In this document: positions 35,750-45,379 of the stretch, in pieces
How the letters are laid out: each line of letters begins with the position of its first letter
Numbering within the stretch: the stretch's first letter is position 1
IMG/VR virus record: IMGVR_UViG_3300031524_001649
Coordinates: 1-56,325 of that record
Reading direction: 5' to 3' (one strand)
Length of the DNA stretch: 56,325 nt
DNA from: a virus
Lineage: Duplodnaviria > Caudoviricetes
Made by a program: the position numbers and the translations under genes
The notes under the pieces: model-generated
Database searches by the model: none
Told to the model about the DNA's origin: nothing
Seen by the model: the letters and a program-made list of their open reading frames with translations, nothing else

Positions 35750-36361
35750 ATGCAAACCTATCCTGGCCTTTTGCACTTGAACGGGAACCTGCTGGTTTCC
35801 GTGGACTTGGAGACGACCGGCCGGCAACCGGACCACCACGAGATCATCCAAATCGCCTGTGTGCCGCTGGGACCCGACTTGAAGCCTGCCCAGGGGCTCA
35901 TGCCCTTCTATACCGAGATCAAGCCGGATTTCCCCGAACGGGCCGAAAAGCAGGCCATGTGGAAGCACAACATCCCGTTGGAGCAGTTGCTCCTCCACGC
36001 CCCGAGCCAGGACAAGGTGCGCGACCTGTTCGTGGAATGGTTCGAGCGGCTCGACCTCCCATTTAAGAAGAGCCTGGTGCCGATGGCCCACAACTGGGCC
36101 TTTGAAGCCAGCTTCCTGAAGGCGTGGATGGGCGTCCAACTCTTCGAGGAACTCTGGTACAGCCACGCCCGCGACGGGATGCTGCTGGCCATTGCCATCA
36201 ACGACAAGGCGGCCTTTCGCGGCGAGGCGCTCCCCTTCAACAAGGTTGGGCTGGGGTCGCTGTGCAACAAGTTCAACATCGTCAACGCCAACGCCCACGA
36301 CGCCTTGGCTGACGCCCTGGCCGAGGCGGAAGTCTATCGGGCGCTCTTGCAACTGTATTGA
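35750..36361 (+). CDS. DEDDh 3'-5' exonuclease
   Basis: VDLETTG, AHNWAFE, AHDALAD. Confidence 0.88.
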   Translation: MQTYPGLLHLNGNLLVSVDLETTGRQPDHHEIIQIACVPLGPDLKPAQGLMPFYTEIKPDFPERAEKQAMWKHNIPLEQLLLHAPSQDKVRDLFVEWFERLDLPFKKSLVPMAHNWAFEASFLKAWMGVQLFEELWYSHARDGMLLAIAINDKAAFRGEALPFNKVGLGSLCNKFNIVNANAHDALADALAEAEVYRALLQLY

Positions 36362-36371
36362 GAGGTGGATT

Positions 36372-37007
36372 ATGGATCAGGTTTGGACGCGGGATGACTG
36401 GAACCAGCTCATCCGCGATGTCAACCAGGTGTTGCAAAACCCGCCGGCCAGTACAAGCTGTAGCCCCATCGACCCGCTCGACGAGGTGGACGAGGGCCAC
36501 GTCTGGACCAAAAGCGACATCCGCACCATGCAGGACAAGCTCAAGCAGACCTGCGCGGACATCAGCTTCGACGACATTCCGGACAAGTGGCTCCAGTCGA
36601 TCATCGACGACATTAAGGCCGCTAAGGACAAGGCGTGGTGCCACTGCAATCCAAGCGGGGGCGGGGGTGGCGGTGGTGGCAGCGGCCTTCCGCCTTCCGC
36701 CTCCGGCCACTGGGTCATCGTGCTCTGCGATTGCGAATCGGGGAGCATTCGGATGTCCGACGATCAAGGCAATTGCATCCCGTTTTGTGAAGGCTGCGTC
36801 GGTCCCTTTGGCTACAACATCAACGTCCTCGGGTCCTTCTCCAATGGTGGTGTCGTTCAACAGGTGTGCGCCTCCTACAACGCGAATGAGTACGACTCTT
36901 GCACCCACGCGCCGCTGTCGCCGTACCGCATCCTCTCCCAGGAAACGTGGACGGCGATGGTGACGGGACAAAAGGGCCCCTGGATCGGTTCTTGCTCCTG
37001 CGGCTAG
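36372..37007 (+). CDS. Cys-rich hypothetical protein with poly-Gly linker
   Basis: GAGG RBS, start MDQVW. Confidence 0.65.
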   Translation: MDQVWTRDDWNQLIRDVNQVLQNPPASTSCSPIDPLDEVDEGHVWTKSDIRTMQDKLKQTCADISFDDIPDKWLQSIIDDIKAAKDKAWCHCNPSGGGGGGGGSGLPPSASGHWVIVLCDCESGSIRMSDDQGNCIPFCEGCVGPFGYNINVLGSFSNGGVVQQVCASYNANEYDSCTHAPLSPYRILSQETWTAMVTGQKGPWIGSCSCG

Positions 37008-37015
37008 AGGAAACC

Positions 37016-37576
37016 ATGTCACTGCCCCCATGCGTCATGCGCGATGCGAAGCCGTTCCCGGACGGCAGCACCCAGCACTATTGCCGGCATCCACAGTACC
37101 CCTATCGCCTGCGGCTGCTGGCGCTCCACCCCGACCATTGCCAGACCTGCCCCCTGCGGCAGGAGACAGGATCGCCCCCGCCACCGCCGCCCGCGCCGCC
37201 CAAAACACCCGATCCGGCCGCCTACACGCCGGGCCGACCGCGGCCGGACCTCCAGGCTATCGAACTAACGCTGCCACCCTACCAAGAGAACCGAGACCGG
37301 CAAGTTTGCTTCGAGCCAGACGGCAGCATCGTCTACGAGAAAGGGGAGGGAGAATGGGAACCGCCCCGCCCCATCAACGGCTACATCCGCGACGCGAGCA
37401 ACGCTTGGCGATTCTCGCCACTGTGGCTCCCCTGCTCGCTACGGCACGCTTCGGCCGTGCGGCTGGTCAACTGCGGTTGTGTGGAAATCATCATGCGATG
37501 TAACAACCCTGCCTGCAAGCTGTTTGCGGATCGGGTGAACTACGCTGCCTGCCAGACCTGCCCGCACCGGAGTTGA
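37016..37576 (+). CDS. Cys-rich hypothetical protein, paralog of 37580-38011
   Basis: GAGGA RBS; PDG..Y, GY, P.W..C..R, C.NP, C..C. Confidence 0.65.
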   Translation: MSLPPCVMRDAKPFPDGSTQHYCRHPQYPYRLRLLALHPDHCQTCPLRQETGSPPPPPPAPPKTPDPAAYTPGRPRPDLQAIELTLPPYQENRDRQVCFEPDGSIVYEKGEGEWEPPRPINGYIRDASNAWRFSPLWLPCSLRHASAVRLVNCGCVEIIMRCNNPACKLFADRVNYAACQTCPHRS

Positions 37577-37579
37577 ATC

Positions 37580-38011
37580 ATGCCGTGTGAAAATTGCCCG
37601 GAAACCAGCCCATCGCCGAGACGTGCCCAGATTGCCTTGGTGATTTACACCGGCGGGCCGTCGCACGCTCAATTCGTGGCCCTGGGCGCAGCCATCCCGC
37701 CGCTGGACACAAACGTTCGGCTGCAATATGGTTGGCCCACGGTGCGGCCGGACGGCTGCCTGGAGTATCGTGGCGGCCAAAAGCCGCCCGTGCCAGAAGG
37801 CTACGCGGCCACCATCGACCCGCACGTTCTAAAGCCCGTGTGGCCGTCCTGCGCCCGCCGGATGCTCAAAGTCCAGATGCAGATGGACACCGGACTCTTA
37901 CAGATCGACGGCGTATGCTGCAATCCGGCCTCGGGCAAGACCGGCCGCGACCTCTTGACGCTGGCGCACTGCCAGCAATGCCTGGTCCGCAGAGTAATTC
38001 GCGAGGCGTAA
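37580..38011 (+). CDS. Cys-rich hypothetical protein
   Basis: GGAG RBS; same motif series as 37016-37576. Confidence 0.65.
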   Translation: MPCENCPETSPSPRRAQIALVIYTGGPSHAQFVALGAAIPPLDTNVRLQYGWPTVRPDGCLEYRGGQKPPVPEGYAATIDPHVLKPVWPSCARRMLKVQMQMDTGLLQIDGVCCNPASGKTGRDLLTLAHCQQCLVRRVIREA

Positions 38012-38144
38012 AACTGCGTGTGGGCCATCCCTGCCCTGAGTGATACCCGGCGACCAAATTTGACCATACCAAATTACATATCCCGCTCGCAGATGACAAC
38101 GCACTGTCCGAGGAATACGGCGAAGCACTTGCGGACGACATTTA

Positions 38145-39206
38145 TCAATCGCCTCCCGAACACCCCGCGGCCACGTCAATGTAACTGAGATCGAGCGGGA
38201 CGGTCGAGTCGTCGCCGCGCCTCAGCGCCGTGAACCCCGCCTCGTACATCATCTCCCGGCAGTCGTCCATGTCGATACCACGATTCCTGGAGGTGTCGGC
38301 CTCGGTGTCCCTAGGATTTGCACCCGTCTCGGCGTAGACCACATTAGCCCCCGCAGTCAAGCCGAGCAGGTTTGGCTCGTGGACGGCAATGTTTTGCGTC
38401 TCCGAGCAGCACAGCGTGGCAAGGCTGACCACAGCCACGATTTGGGCGAGGCGAAGCTCGGTGATTTGGCCCCGGCTGCTCAGCGGCATTCCCGGCACGA
38501 ACACACGCCGCATCGCGGCGTGCTGGAAGCACCCGTACTCGATTCCCAGGAACATCTGTTCTACCAGTTCCTCGGCCGTGTGCTCCGGACCGATGGGTTC
38601 GCAGCAGTAATAGAAGTCGAGTCCCGCGTCCCGGATCGTGCGGAAGGTCTTTTTCCGCTCTTCGGGTGCAAGCTGCGTGTCTGTGCCTTCCCGGAGGCGG
38701 CAGACGTGATACGCCCCGTGGACGCCTGCTTGTCGAAGCTCCTTCGCTTGCACAGTGTCGAAGTCCCCAATGTTCACCACGATCTGGGTCTGCGGCGGAA
38801 TGGACCTGCGTGCTGCTCGGATTACTTCGAGCAGGTGATCCAAGGCGAAGTCGTGCATGGTCATCAAGAACAAGGCATACAGATCGCCTTCTCGGGCGAA
38901 CGCCTTCGCTCGCGCGAGGATTTCTTCGAGTGGCATCCGACTGCTCGGAAACTGGGTGTGGCCCTTCCCGAAGACGCAGAAGCCGCAATTGCCGGGGCAT
39001 GGGGCAGTCTCGATGCCGATCTGTCCCAGGAGCATCGCTTGATTGCCGAATCGCCTCCGGGAAGCTTCATCGGCGACCGCCATGAGGAATCGCGTCTCCA
39101 AGGATCGCTCCGGGAACCCCAGGAGATACACGCAATCCTCCTTGGTTGGTCCATGTCCATCCAAAGCCGACGAGAGAATCCGCGAGAGTCGTTGCGGTAT
39201 TTGCAT
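38145..39206 (-). CDS. Biotin synthase-like (BioB/HydE/PylB clan) radical SAM protein
   Basis: CPGNCGFC; AGANVVYAE..NPRD C-terminus; GGGAG RBS. Confidence 0.8.
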   Translation of the reverse strand: MQIPQRLSRILSSALDGHGPTKEDCVYLLGFPERSLETRFLMAVADEASRRRFGNQAMLLGQIGIETAPCPGNCGFCVFGKGHTQFPSSRMPLEEILARAKAFAREGDLYALFLMTMHDFALDHLLEVIRAARRSIPPQTQIVVNIGDFDTVQAKELRQAGVHGAYHVCRLREGTDTQLAPEERKKTFRTIRDAGLDFYYCCEPIGPEHTAEELVEQMFLGIEYGCFQHAAMRRVFVPGMPLSSRGQITELRLAQIVAVVSLATLCCSETQNIAVHEPNLLGLTAGANVVYAETGANPRDTEADTSRNRGIDMDDCREMMYEAGFTALRRGDDSTVPLDLSYIDVAAGCSGGD

Positions 39207-39453
39207 CAGTGAATCTCCCCAAGTCTTCCAAGCAGACCGGACGACGTTTCAAACCACTGCCAAATGCAGCCCACAAAGCCGTGTAGCGGTGCCCCACCGC
39301 AGGCGGCAGAGTTTGCCGGGCATGCGCCGTAAACGCAAGAGTTTATATGACATGCTCCGATATTGGAATATGTCGTCTAATGTGCGCGGCGAGGGTTACG
39401 AATTCCGCCACCGGCGGCGGTGCGAAGCATTCCCACCGATCAGGGGGATAAGA

Positions 39454-40851
39454 ATGCGTGTTCGCGTGGCTGTCGCGACGTATTGGGTTGCCATTTTCAT
39501 CGTGGCGGCACCCGGCTTCGCACAAACGCCGGAGCCATCGCCGCTCTCCCGGGCGTTGTGGCTATCCGAAAGAGACGGCATCACGCAGCCGGCTGCGTCC
39601 GATCCCCCGCCTGTGGATTTGAATGCGGAGCAACCATCGCCGACACACGAAGGGCCGACCGGGGGGAATCCGCCACCATCGTCCGCAATGTCTCCCCCTC
39701 CAAGCCAAGACGAAGCCAACGGCGCATGGCTTAATACGCCCCTACTGAAAGACAGCTTCCTGGAAGATTGGGGACAAGCCGTTGCGAAATGGAAATCCCA
39801 GTGGCCGCTATCCGTGAGCGGCGGGGCCTACAACTGGTGGCACGTCAACAACGGTGGGCCCTTGGCGAGCGGATACGGCGTCCCGTCGATGCCCGGCACC
39901 CACTCCTATTACTTGTTCGTCGATAACGAAGAGCCTGTTGAATGGGGTGACATCACCAAGATCGGCGCGCACGTCCAGGCGCGATTCCGCGACAGCGGCG
40001 TACCATTGCGGCCGTTCTACGTCAACGATGATTTCTGGCTCTGGGAAGCATACGGCTTCCTCGATACGCCGCTCGGACGCCTCAAGATGGGTTCCGTTTA
40101 CCGACAGTTCGGTCTGTTCTGGGACGATTCTTGGTGGGGCAACGTGCAGTACATGGACGGCCTGAAGCTTCGCAGCGATTACGGAGTCTCGTTGGAGGAC
40201 ACACCTGACTTCAAAGACGACTTCAAGATTGATCGCTACTTTCAGTTCTTTTTCGCCCAGAGTCGTGTTAGCGGCGCAATCCTCGGTGCCGATTCCGACA
40301 GCTTCGCCGGTTCAGAAGCACGGAATACCTTCATCGCGCGTGTGGTTCCTACGTGGAAACTGGGCGAGAAAGAAACCTTCGCAGCGGGCCTCTCGGCGAC
40401 CGTGGGCGAAATCGACAATCAGCCAACGCTGATCGAGTACGGAACAAATCAGGTCTTTGCCAGTCCGGGGGATCAGACCGTTTCCGGTTGGGCGGTCGAT
40501 GGCACATGGACCAAGGGTCCATGGAAGCTTTTCGCGGAAGTCTCCCAACTCTACGGCACGCTCACTCCCAGTCACTACATTTCTGGTGGCCCGAGCAACC
40601 GCTATACGGACGGGCTGGCGGGGATCACCTACACGCGAGGCCCCCTGACCTATCGTTGCGTCTACTCCTTTGGCGTCTACGACAATCCTTATGGACGCCA
40701 GGGGATGCTCGTTCCGGGAATCACGGCTAAGATCACCAGCAACGTCACACTCTGGTTGGAGTACACCTATTGGGACTCGCAAGCCGGTTCCTCGTCACCA
40801 TGCTCAGTGCTGGAAAACGGCTATCAGTTGGTTCTGGACTGGCATTTCTGA
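39454..40851 (+). CDS. Outer-membrane beta-barrel / porin-like protein
   Basis: Signal peptide, Pro-rich linker, alternating aromatic beta strands, terminal LDWHF. Confidence 0.7.
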   Translation: MRVRVAVATYWVAIFIVAAPGFAQTPEPSPLSRALWLSERDGITQPAASDPPPVDLNAEQPSPTHEGPTGGNPPPSSAMSPPPSQDEANGAWLNTPLLKDSFLEDWGQAVAKWKSQWPLSVSGGAYNWWHVNNGGPLASGYGVPSMPGTHSYYLFVDNEEPVEWGDITKIGAHVQARFRDSGVPLRPFYVNDDFWLWEAYGFLDTPLGRLKMGSVYRQFGLFWDDSWWGNVQYMDGLKLRSDYGVSLEDTPDFKDDFKIDRYFQFFFAQSRVSGAILGADSDSFAGSEARNTFIARVVPTWKLGEKETFAAGLSATVGEIDNQPTLIEYGTNQVFASPGDQTVSGWAVDGTWTKGPWKLFAEVSQLYGTLTPSHYISGGPSNRYTDGLAGITYTRGPLTYRCVYSFGVYDNPYGRQGMLVPGITAKITSNVTLWLEYTYWDSQAGSSSPCSVLENGYQLVLDWHF

Positions 40852-41003
40852 CGGAACCGCCAAAGCAAAACAGCACTCTCGATCAGCGACGACCAAGGAT
40901 GATCGCGCGGCCTGACGGCAATGACGCTTGACGCATTGCTTTGTTTCGGCGATGCTCAGGCTAATCAAGATATAGGATCAACGCCAATAATGGAGTCATC
41001 CGT

Positions 41004-41429
41004 ATGCCCGACTTTCCTGATTGCCCCTGTTCGGGTGGTACGCTGGATAAGTTGATTCAACCCGCCATACTGGCCGTGCTTTCTGAAGGGCCATCGCACG
41101 GCTATCGAATTGCCGAGAGCATTGGCGAGATGCCCAACTTTGTCGGGGAAAAGCCCGACGTGTCGGGAATCTACCGATTCCTCAAGAACATGGAATCCAA
41201 AGGGCTGGTAATCTCTATCTGGGATGCGCCAGGAAAAGGTCACGCCAAGCGGCTGTACGAAATCACCACGTCCGGTGAGGCGTGTTTGACCCGGTGGATT
41301 GAGACCTTGGATAGATACCTCACAACCATCAATGCGTTGCTCACATCGGCCCGGACAGCGGTGTCTCGCATGTCCCGAGAGAAGACTGGTAGTACAAAAC
41401 GGGGCAGACGGCCTGCCACTACCGCCTAG
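41004..41429 (+). CDS. PadR-family transcriptional regulator
   Basis: ILAVLSEGPSHGY..GIYRFLKNMESKGLV..KRLYEIT..G. Confidence 0.9.
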   Translation: MPDFPDCPCSGGTLDKLIQPAILAVLSEGPSHGYRIAESIGEMPNFVGEKPDVSGIYRFLKNMESKGLVISIWDAPGKGHAKRLYEITTSGEACLTRWIETLDRYLTTINALLTSARTAVSRMSREKTGSTKRGRRPATTA

Positions 41430-41486
41430 CCAAGGCGACCACGCAGACCACGGCGGATTCAATCGCAACCTCCGAACATAAAAGAC

Positions 41487-41525
41487 AAAAGGGCATCCAG
41501 GCTTCGTGTGCCTGAATGCCCTTTT
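41487..41525. terminator. Bidirectional intrinsic terminator
   Basis: AAAA-GGGCATCCAGGC-loop-GCCTGAATGCCC-TTTT between convergent genes. Confidence 0.75.
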
Positions 41526-41548
41526 CGCACTTCTGATTGCTTCCGTGC

Positions 41549-41731
41549 CTACGGGATCGGAACCGGGCAGTCGGGGTCGGGCCCCAGGGCTGCCACGCGC
41601 TCGTTGCGAATGGCCTCGGCCGCCGCCCGCGCCTGTTGAACGTCCTTGTGGACATCCTCGGGGTCGCGGCCTTGGGCCGGAATCAGAGCCATGTCGCTAT
41701 GGGTTGGCTTGGGAGCGCCGATGGTTTGCAT
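41549..41731 (-). CDS. Small hypothetical protein (repeat family)
   Basis: GGAG RBS; PKPTHSDMALIPAQGRDP. Confidence 0.65.
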   Translation of the reverse strand: MQTIGAPKPTHSDMALIPAQGRDPEDVHKDVQQARAAAEAIRNERVAALGPDPDCPVPIP

Positions 41732-41734
41732 AGG

Positions 41735-41920
41735 CTACTCCTCCTGGTCATAGACCCACTGCGGGCCAGCGGCCGGACTGACCGCCCGGCGGGCTTCCCG
41801 CGCGTCTTGGACATCCTGATCCACGGCCTGGGGGTCGCGCCCCTGGGCCGGGATCAGGGCCATGTCGCTGTGGGTGGGTTTGGGGTCGCTGCAAATGTCC
41901 TTCATTACAGGTTCTTCCAC
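41735..41920 (-). CDS. Small hypothetical protein, paralog of 41549-41731
   Basis: Identical PKPTHSDMALIPAQGRDP. Confidence 0.65.
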   Translation of the reverse strand: MEEPVMKDICSDPKPTHSDMALIPAQGRDPQAVDQDVQDAREARRAVSPAAGPQWVYDQEE

Positions 41921-42093
41921 TCGCCGTCGTACTTGGCGGCCTTGTTGACCTCGGGGGCCTTCACGTCGCCGGACTCCTGCATCGCCTCGCTGAAGTCCGA
42001 CTGGCGATCCGAGTGGTCGCCGGTGCTGCCTTCCGCCTGCACGAGAATGTTGTCAAGCGAGCCGTTGTCTTTGGGGGGACCGATGGTCTGCAT
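41905..42093 (-). CDS. Small hypothetical protein
   Basis: GAGG RBS; starts MQTIGPPK, like MQTIGAPK of 41549-41731. Confidence 0.55.
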   Translation of the reverse strand: MQTIGPPKDNGSLDNILVQAEGSTGDHSDRQSDFSEAMQESGDVKAPEVNKAAKYDGEWKNL

Positions 42094-42134
42094 CGTACTG
42101 TACCTCATGGTTGTGAAAACTTCAAACACGAACG

Positions 42135-42320
42135 CTACTTCTTGCCCTTGCGGTGCTGGGCAAACTCCCGCAGACGCCGCGCCAACGCGACCTGCCGGTT
42201 GGTCGTCGGGTCCTTGTGCTTCTCCCGCATGAACTGCGAGAGACTCTCGCCCGCCGCCTTGGCCTTGGCGGTCAGGGCTCCAGGGTGCTTGATGGCACCC
42301 TGAATCCACTTGTCGGCCAT
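42135..42320 (-). CDS. Small basic phage protein (KWIQ.AIK.PGAL type)
   Basis: AAAGGAG RBS; motif I recall from other phage genomes. Confidence 0.7.
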   Translation of the reverse strand: MADKWIQGAIKHPGALTAKAKAAGESLSQFMREKHKDPTTNRQVALARRLREFAQHRKGKK

Positions 42321-42343
42321 CTGTCGTTGCTCCTTTCTGGGGA

Positions 42344-45300
42344 TTAACCACCACTTCCGCCACTACCACTGCCACTGTCGTCTTGCAAGAACGCCGTCCC
42401 TGCGCCGAGCACGTCGTTGTCTTCGTCGTACTCGTAATCGAACTGCGCGCCGTCCGGGCAATCGTCCGTTATGATCTTGGCGTTGCCGTCGAGCATCAGT
42501 TCGTTCTGCTGGACCTTCAGCACGTGCTTCAGCAGCAAATTGGCGTTGGCCCCGCTGCTGTCACTATCGTCACCGCTGCCCCCAGTCGAATCCTGAACCT
42601 GGGCCTTGCCGGCGTCGATCTGCAAGCCCCCGTTTGCCCCCAGTGCGAAGACCTGACGCAAGGTGCCATAGTTCCGTGTGCCTCCCTTGGAATCCGTCAC
42701 CTTCGTCTGCGTCAGGTCGATCACCACCGGCGTGGCGGGGTCCGGGTAGATCACCATCGGGTCCGCGGGAGGCGTTACGTAGGGCGGGATCACCACCAGC
42801 CGGGCGTTGGCCGCTTGGCTCGTCGCTTGTCCCGTGCTGAACGAACTCGCGGGGAGAAGCGGCTGTGCGGAAAAGCCCTCGTCGCCAGGCGTCCGGTCGC
42901 CCCAGTCGCTTTGGCCACGGAAAACGATGTTGGGACCGCCCACGAATATGCTGCCCGTCAGCGTGATCCCATCGGTGTTGCCCACCGGGAGCGCCCCCGT
43001 GGCCCGCAGTCCGATGCCGCCCCCGCCCGCGTTGCCCGCGGCAATGTCCGCTTGCGACGGATACGTTACAGTCGGCGACAAGGCCGCCGGCCAATAGTAC
43101 GGGTCTGCCGCCAACGCGCCCGCCTTCACCGGGGTCGCGCATTCGATGTCGATGCAGTTGTTCGCGGAGTCATACTCCGCCCGCTCGACGATCACGCTGA
43201 CCGGGCCAGAGGCGACGTAGCCCAGTGCGTTGAAGTTCACGCAATCGAGCGCCTCCAGGTTCAGATGGTTGAGATAGGTGCGGAACTTGAGCCTCTTCCA
43301 GGTGTTCGACAACCGGTTCAGCCAAAAGGTCGCCATCTTCAGGATGATGTCCGGCTGGTTGAAGATGTACCACTCGTAGTCCTTCTCCAACAGACCGTAG
43401 TGAGCGACGTTGTGCCGCAGGATCATGTACTGCGGCAAGGCTTCCTGGCCCGCCGCATACTGCTCCGCGCCAGGCACATACGTCATGTACCACTTGACGT
43501 TCATCTTCGTCACCACATCTTCCATGCGGGTGAACTCGACCTCCATGCCTTGTTCGGCGTCAATGTCGCTGACCGTAATCGTGTCCACCGGCGTCGGCGC
43601 TTCCGCCAGGTACTTCAGGTAGACCACATTGTCTTCCAGCCAGAACGCGCACCGCGACTGAAAGGCAATCTCCTTCAAGACCTCCACGACGTTCTTCCGC
43701 TGCAAGAGTGGGAAGTTCGCCGGAAACGGGGCCAGCTTCGTGCGGACATAGTTGAAGCTGGTCGCGTCGTAGGTCAGGGTCGTGTAGTTGTCGATGATGT
43801 ACTCCAGAATATCGACAATGTTCGGCCCGACCGTGGACTGGAAGGTGACGTACAGGTCGTCCGACCAACCCTGGATCAAGTCGCCGTTGGCGTCCTGATA
43901 GGCCACGGTGCTCAAGAGCTGCGGCAGGACGATCTCGACGGCGGTTATGCTGCCGTAGTTGACCGTCTGGACCGTGTACATATCGGGGGTCAACACCACC
44001 AATTGTCGTGCGCCGTTGTAGGTGCGATACGCTTTGACAGCCAGCACGGTGCCCGGCGTAATCGACGCGATGTAGGTGACCCCCGTATACAACTTGACCG
44101 TCGTGCCCGCGTCCGCCCAGAACTGCTTGAGAATGTAGGGGGTGGCAGGCGTCGGCACGCTCGGCGTGGTGATCGTGATCGCATCGTAAATGGCGATGCA
44201 AGGGTTGCCGAAATCGCCACAGAACGAGTCGCAGGGAACGGGGGCTTCGTAGTGGACGTGGCTCGACGATCCGACCGGCTGGCAGGCAGGAAGGTCGCGG
44301 TTCAAGCTGTAGTCGAGCCACTCGTTGTACCAGGCGTTTTCAATGGCAAGCGTCGCCGTGGGATCGTTGCTGGACTCGATGTAGAACCATTCCCCCTCGA
44401 AGTGGCCCGTGAAGAGCGCGCCCTTGATGTCCAGAGTGACGGTCTGGTTCTGGGGGAAATCCTCGCCGCCGAGAATCTGCACGGGGTTGGCACCGGAGCC
44501 CAGCAGCAGTTGATGGGCGCGGTCGTACTGCTGGACGCGCTTCTCCTGCGCACAGGCCGCCGCCCGCACCATGCCCGCCTCCTGCTGGCCGATCTGCGCA
44601 TAGATTGCATTGGCCTGATTCAGGTATTTCTGCGACGTGGCGGCATCGGCCAAATCCCAACAGAAAGACACGCTGAGCAGAAAGCCCGCATGAATGGTCT
44701 CCTGGGCAAGCTGCGCCAGACTCTTGGGGTCATAGGCCGGCTGGGCACCATTGAGGGCCGTATTCGTGCCGTACTCGGTGACGATCCCGACCCCTTGCAA
44801 TAGCGTGCCCTCCACGGCGGCCCCCAGTGACAGCGCCGGGTAGTCGTACACCAAACCGAAGACCTGCGGCCACGCCTTGCCCACCAGGTCAGCCGGGATG
44901 TAGGGGAAATTGCCCTCCTCGGCCGAGAAGCCGCACTCCAAGTCCTCGATCTGCGAGAGGACCGTGATCTTGACGGTGCGGTCCCGCTCGCTCCAACTCA
45001 CCGGACTGTTTATCAACCCCACGAAGGTCACGAACCGGTCGCTCCAGGCAAGACCAGTGAACCACTGGTAGAGGCGGACCGTGCGCTTGGTGATGTCGTA
45101 AGAATCGAAGAGGGCCTTGATCGAGCCGTCCGTGTCGTCCAGCGTGGCCTCGATCTGTTTGGACGAGTTGTTCCAGGTCGTCACGTCAATCGCGTCGTCC
45201 AGGTTGCCGATCTGGATGATCGCCCCGGGGATCACGGTGCCATCGGGAAGCGTGATGGTGCGATCCGCGTACTGCTTGGGCTGCACCCCGTCGCGCCAGT

Positions 45301-45379
45301 CCACTTCCACGATCATAATCGGCTCGTTGCCGAGCCGCTGGGCCAGCGTGGCAAGGCCGTTTGCAGAGATGTTACGCAT
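42344..45379 (-). CDS. Large tail tip / baseplate hub-like protein
   Basis: 1011 aa, start MRNISA; position downstream of tape measure; beta-rich virion composition. Confidence 0.65.
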   Translation of the reverse strand: MRNISANGLATLAQRLGNEPIMIVEVDWRDGVQPKQYADRTITLPDGTVIPGAIIQIGNLDDAIDVTTWNNSSKQIEATLDDTDGSIKALFDSYDITKRTVRLYQWFTGLAWSDRFVTFVGLINSPVSWSERDRTVKITVLSQIEDLECGFSAEEGNFPYIPADLVGKAWPQVFGLVYDYPALSLGAAVEGTLLQGVGIVTEYGTNTALNGAQPAYDPKSLAQLAQETIHAGFLLSVSFCWDLADAATSQKYLNQANAIYAQIGQQEAGMVRAAACAQEKRVQQYDRAHQLLLGSGANPVQILGGEDFPQNQTVTLDIKGALFTGHFEGEWFYIESSNDPTATLAIENAWYNEWLDYSLNRDLPACQPVGSSSHVHYEAPVPCDSFCGDFGNPCIAIYDAITITTPSVPTPATPYILKQFWADAGTTVKLYTGVTYIASITPGTVLAVKAYRTYNGARQLVVLTPDMYTVQTVNYGSITAVEIVLPQLLSTVAYQDANGDLIQGWSDDLYVTFQSTVGPNIVDILEYIIDNYTTLTYDATSFNYVRTKLAPFPANFPLLQRKNVVEVLKEIAFQSRCAFWLEDNVVYLKYLAEAPTPVDTITVSDIDAEQGMEVEFTRMEDVVTKMNVKWYMTYVPGAEQYAAGQEALPQYMILRHNVAHYGLLEKDYEWYIFNQPDIILKMATFWLNRLSNTWKRLKFRTYLNHLNLEALDCVNFNALGYVASGPVSVIVERAEYDSANNCIDIECATPVKAGALAADPYYWPAALSPTVTYPSQADIAAGNAGGGGIGLRATGALPVGNTDGITLTGSIFVGGPNIVFRGQSDWGDRTPGDEGFSAQPLLPASSFSTGQATSQAANARLVVIPPYVTPPADPMVIYPDPATPVVIDLTQTKVTDSKGGTRNYGTLRQVFALGANGGLQIDAGKAQVQDSTGGSGDDSDSSGANANLLLKHVLKVQQNELMLDGNAKIITDDCPDGAQFDYEYDEDNDVLGAGTAFLQDDSGSGSGGSGG

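Noticed and set aside
42383-44803. 806-aa plus-strand ORF (likewise 51863-53587 on the minus strand)
   Set aside because: Antisense or alternate-frame shadows of the tail hub and tape measure genes.
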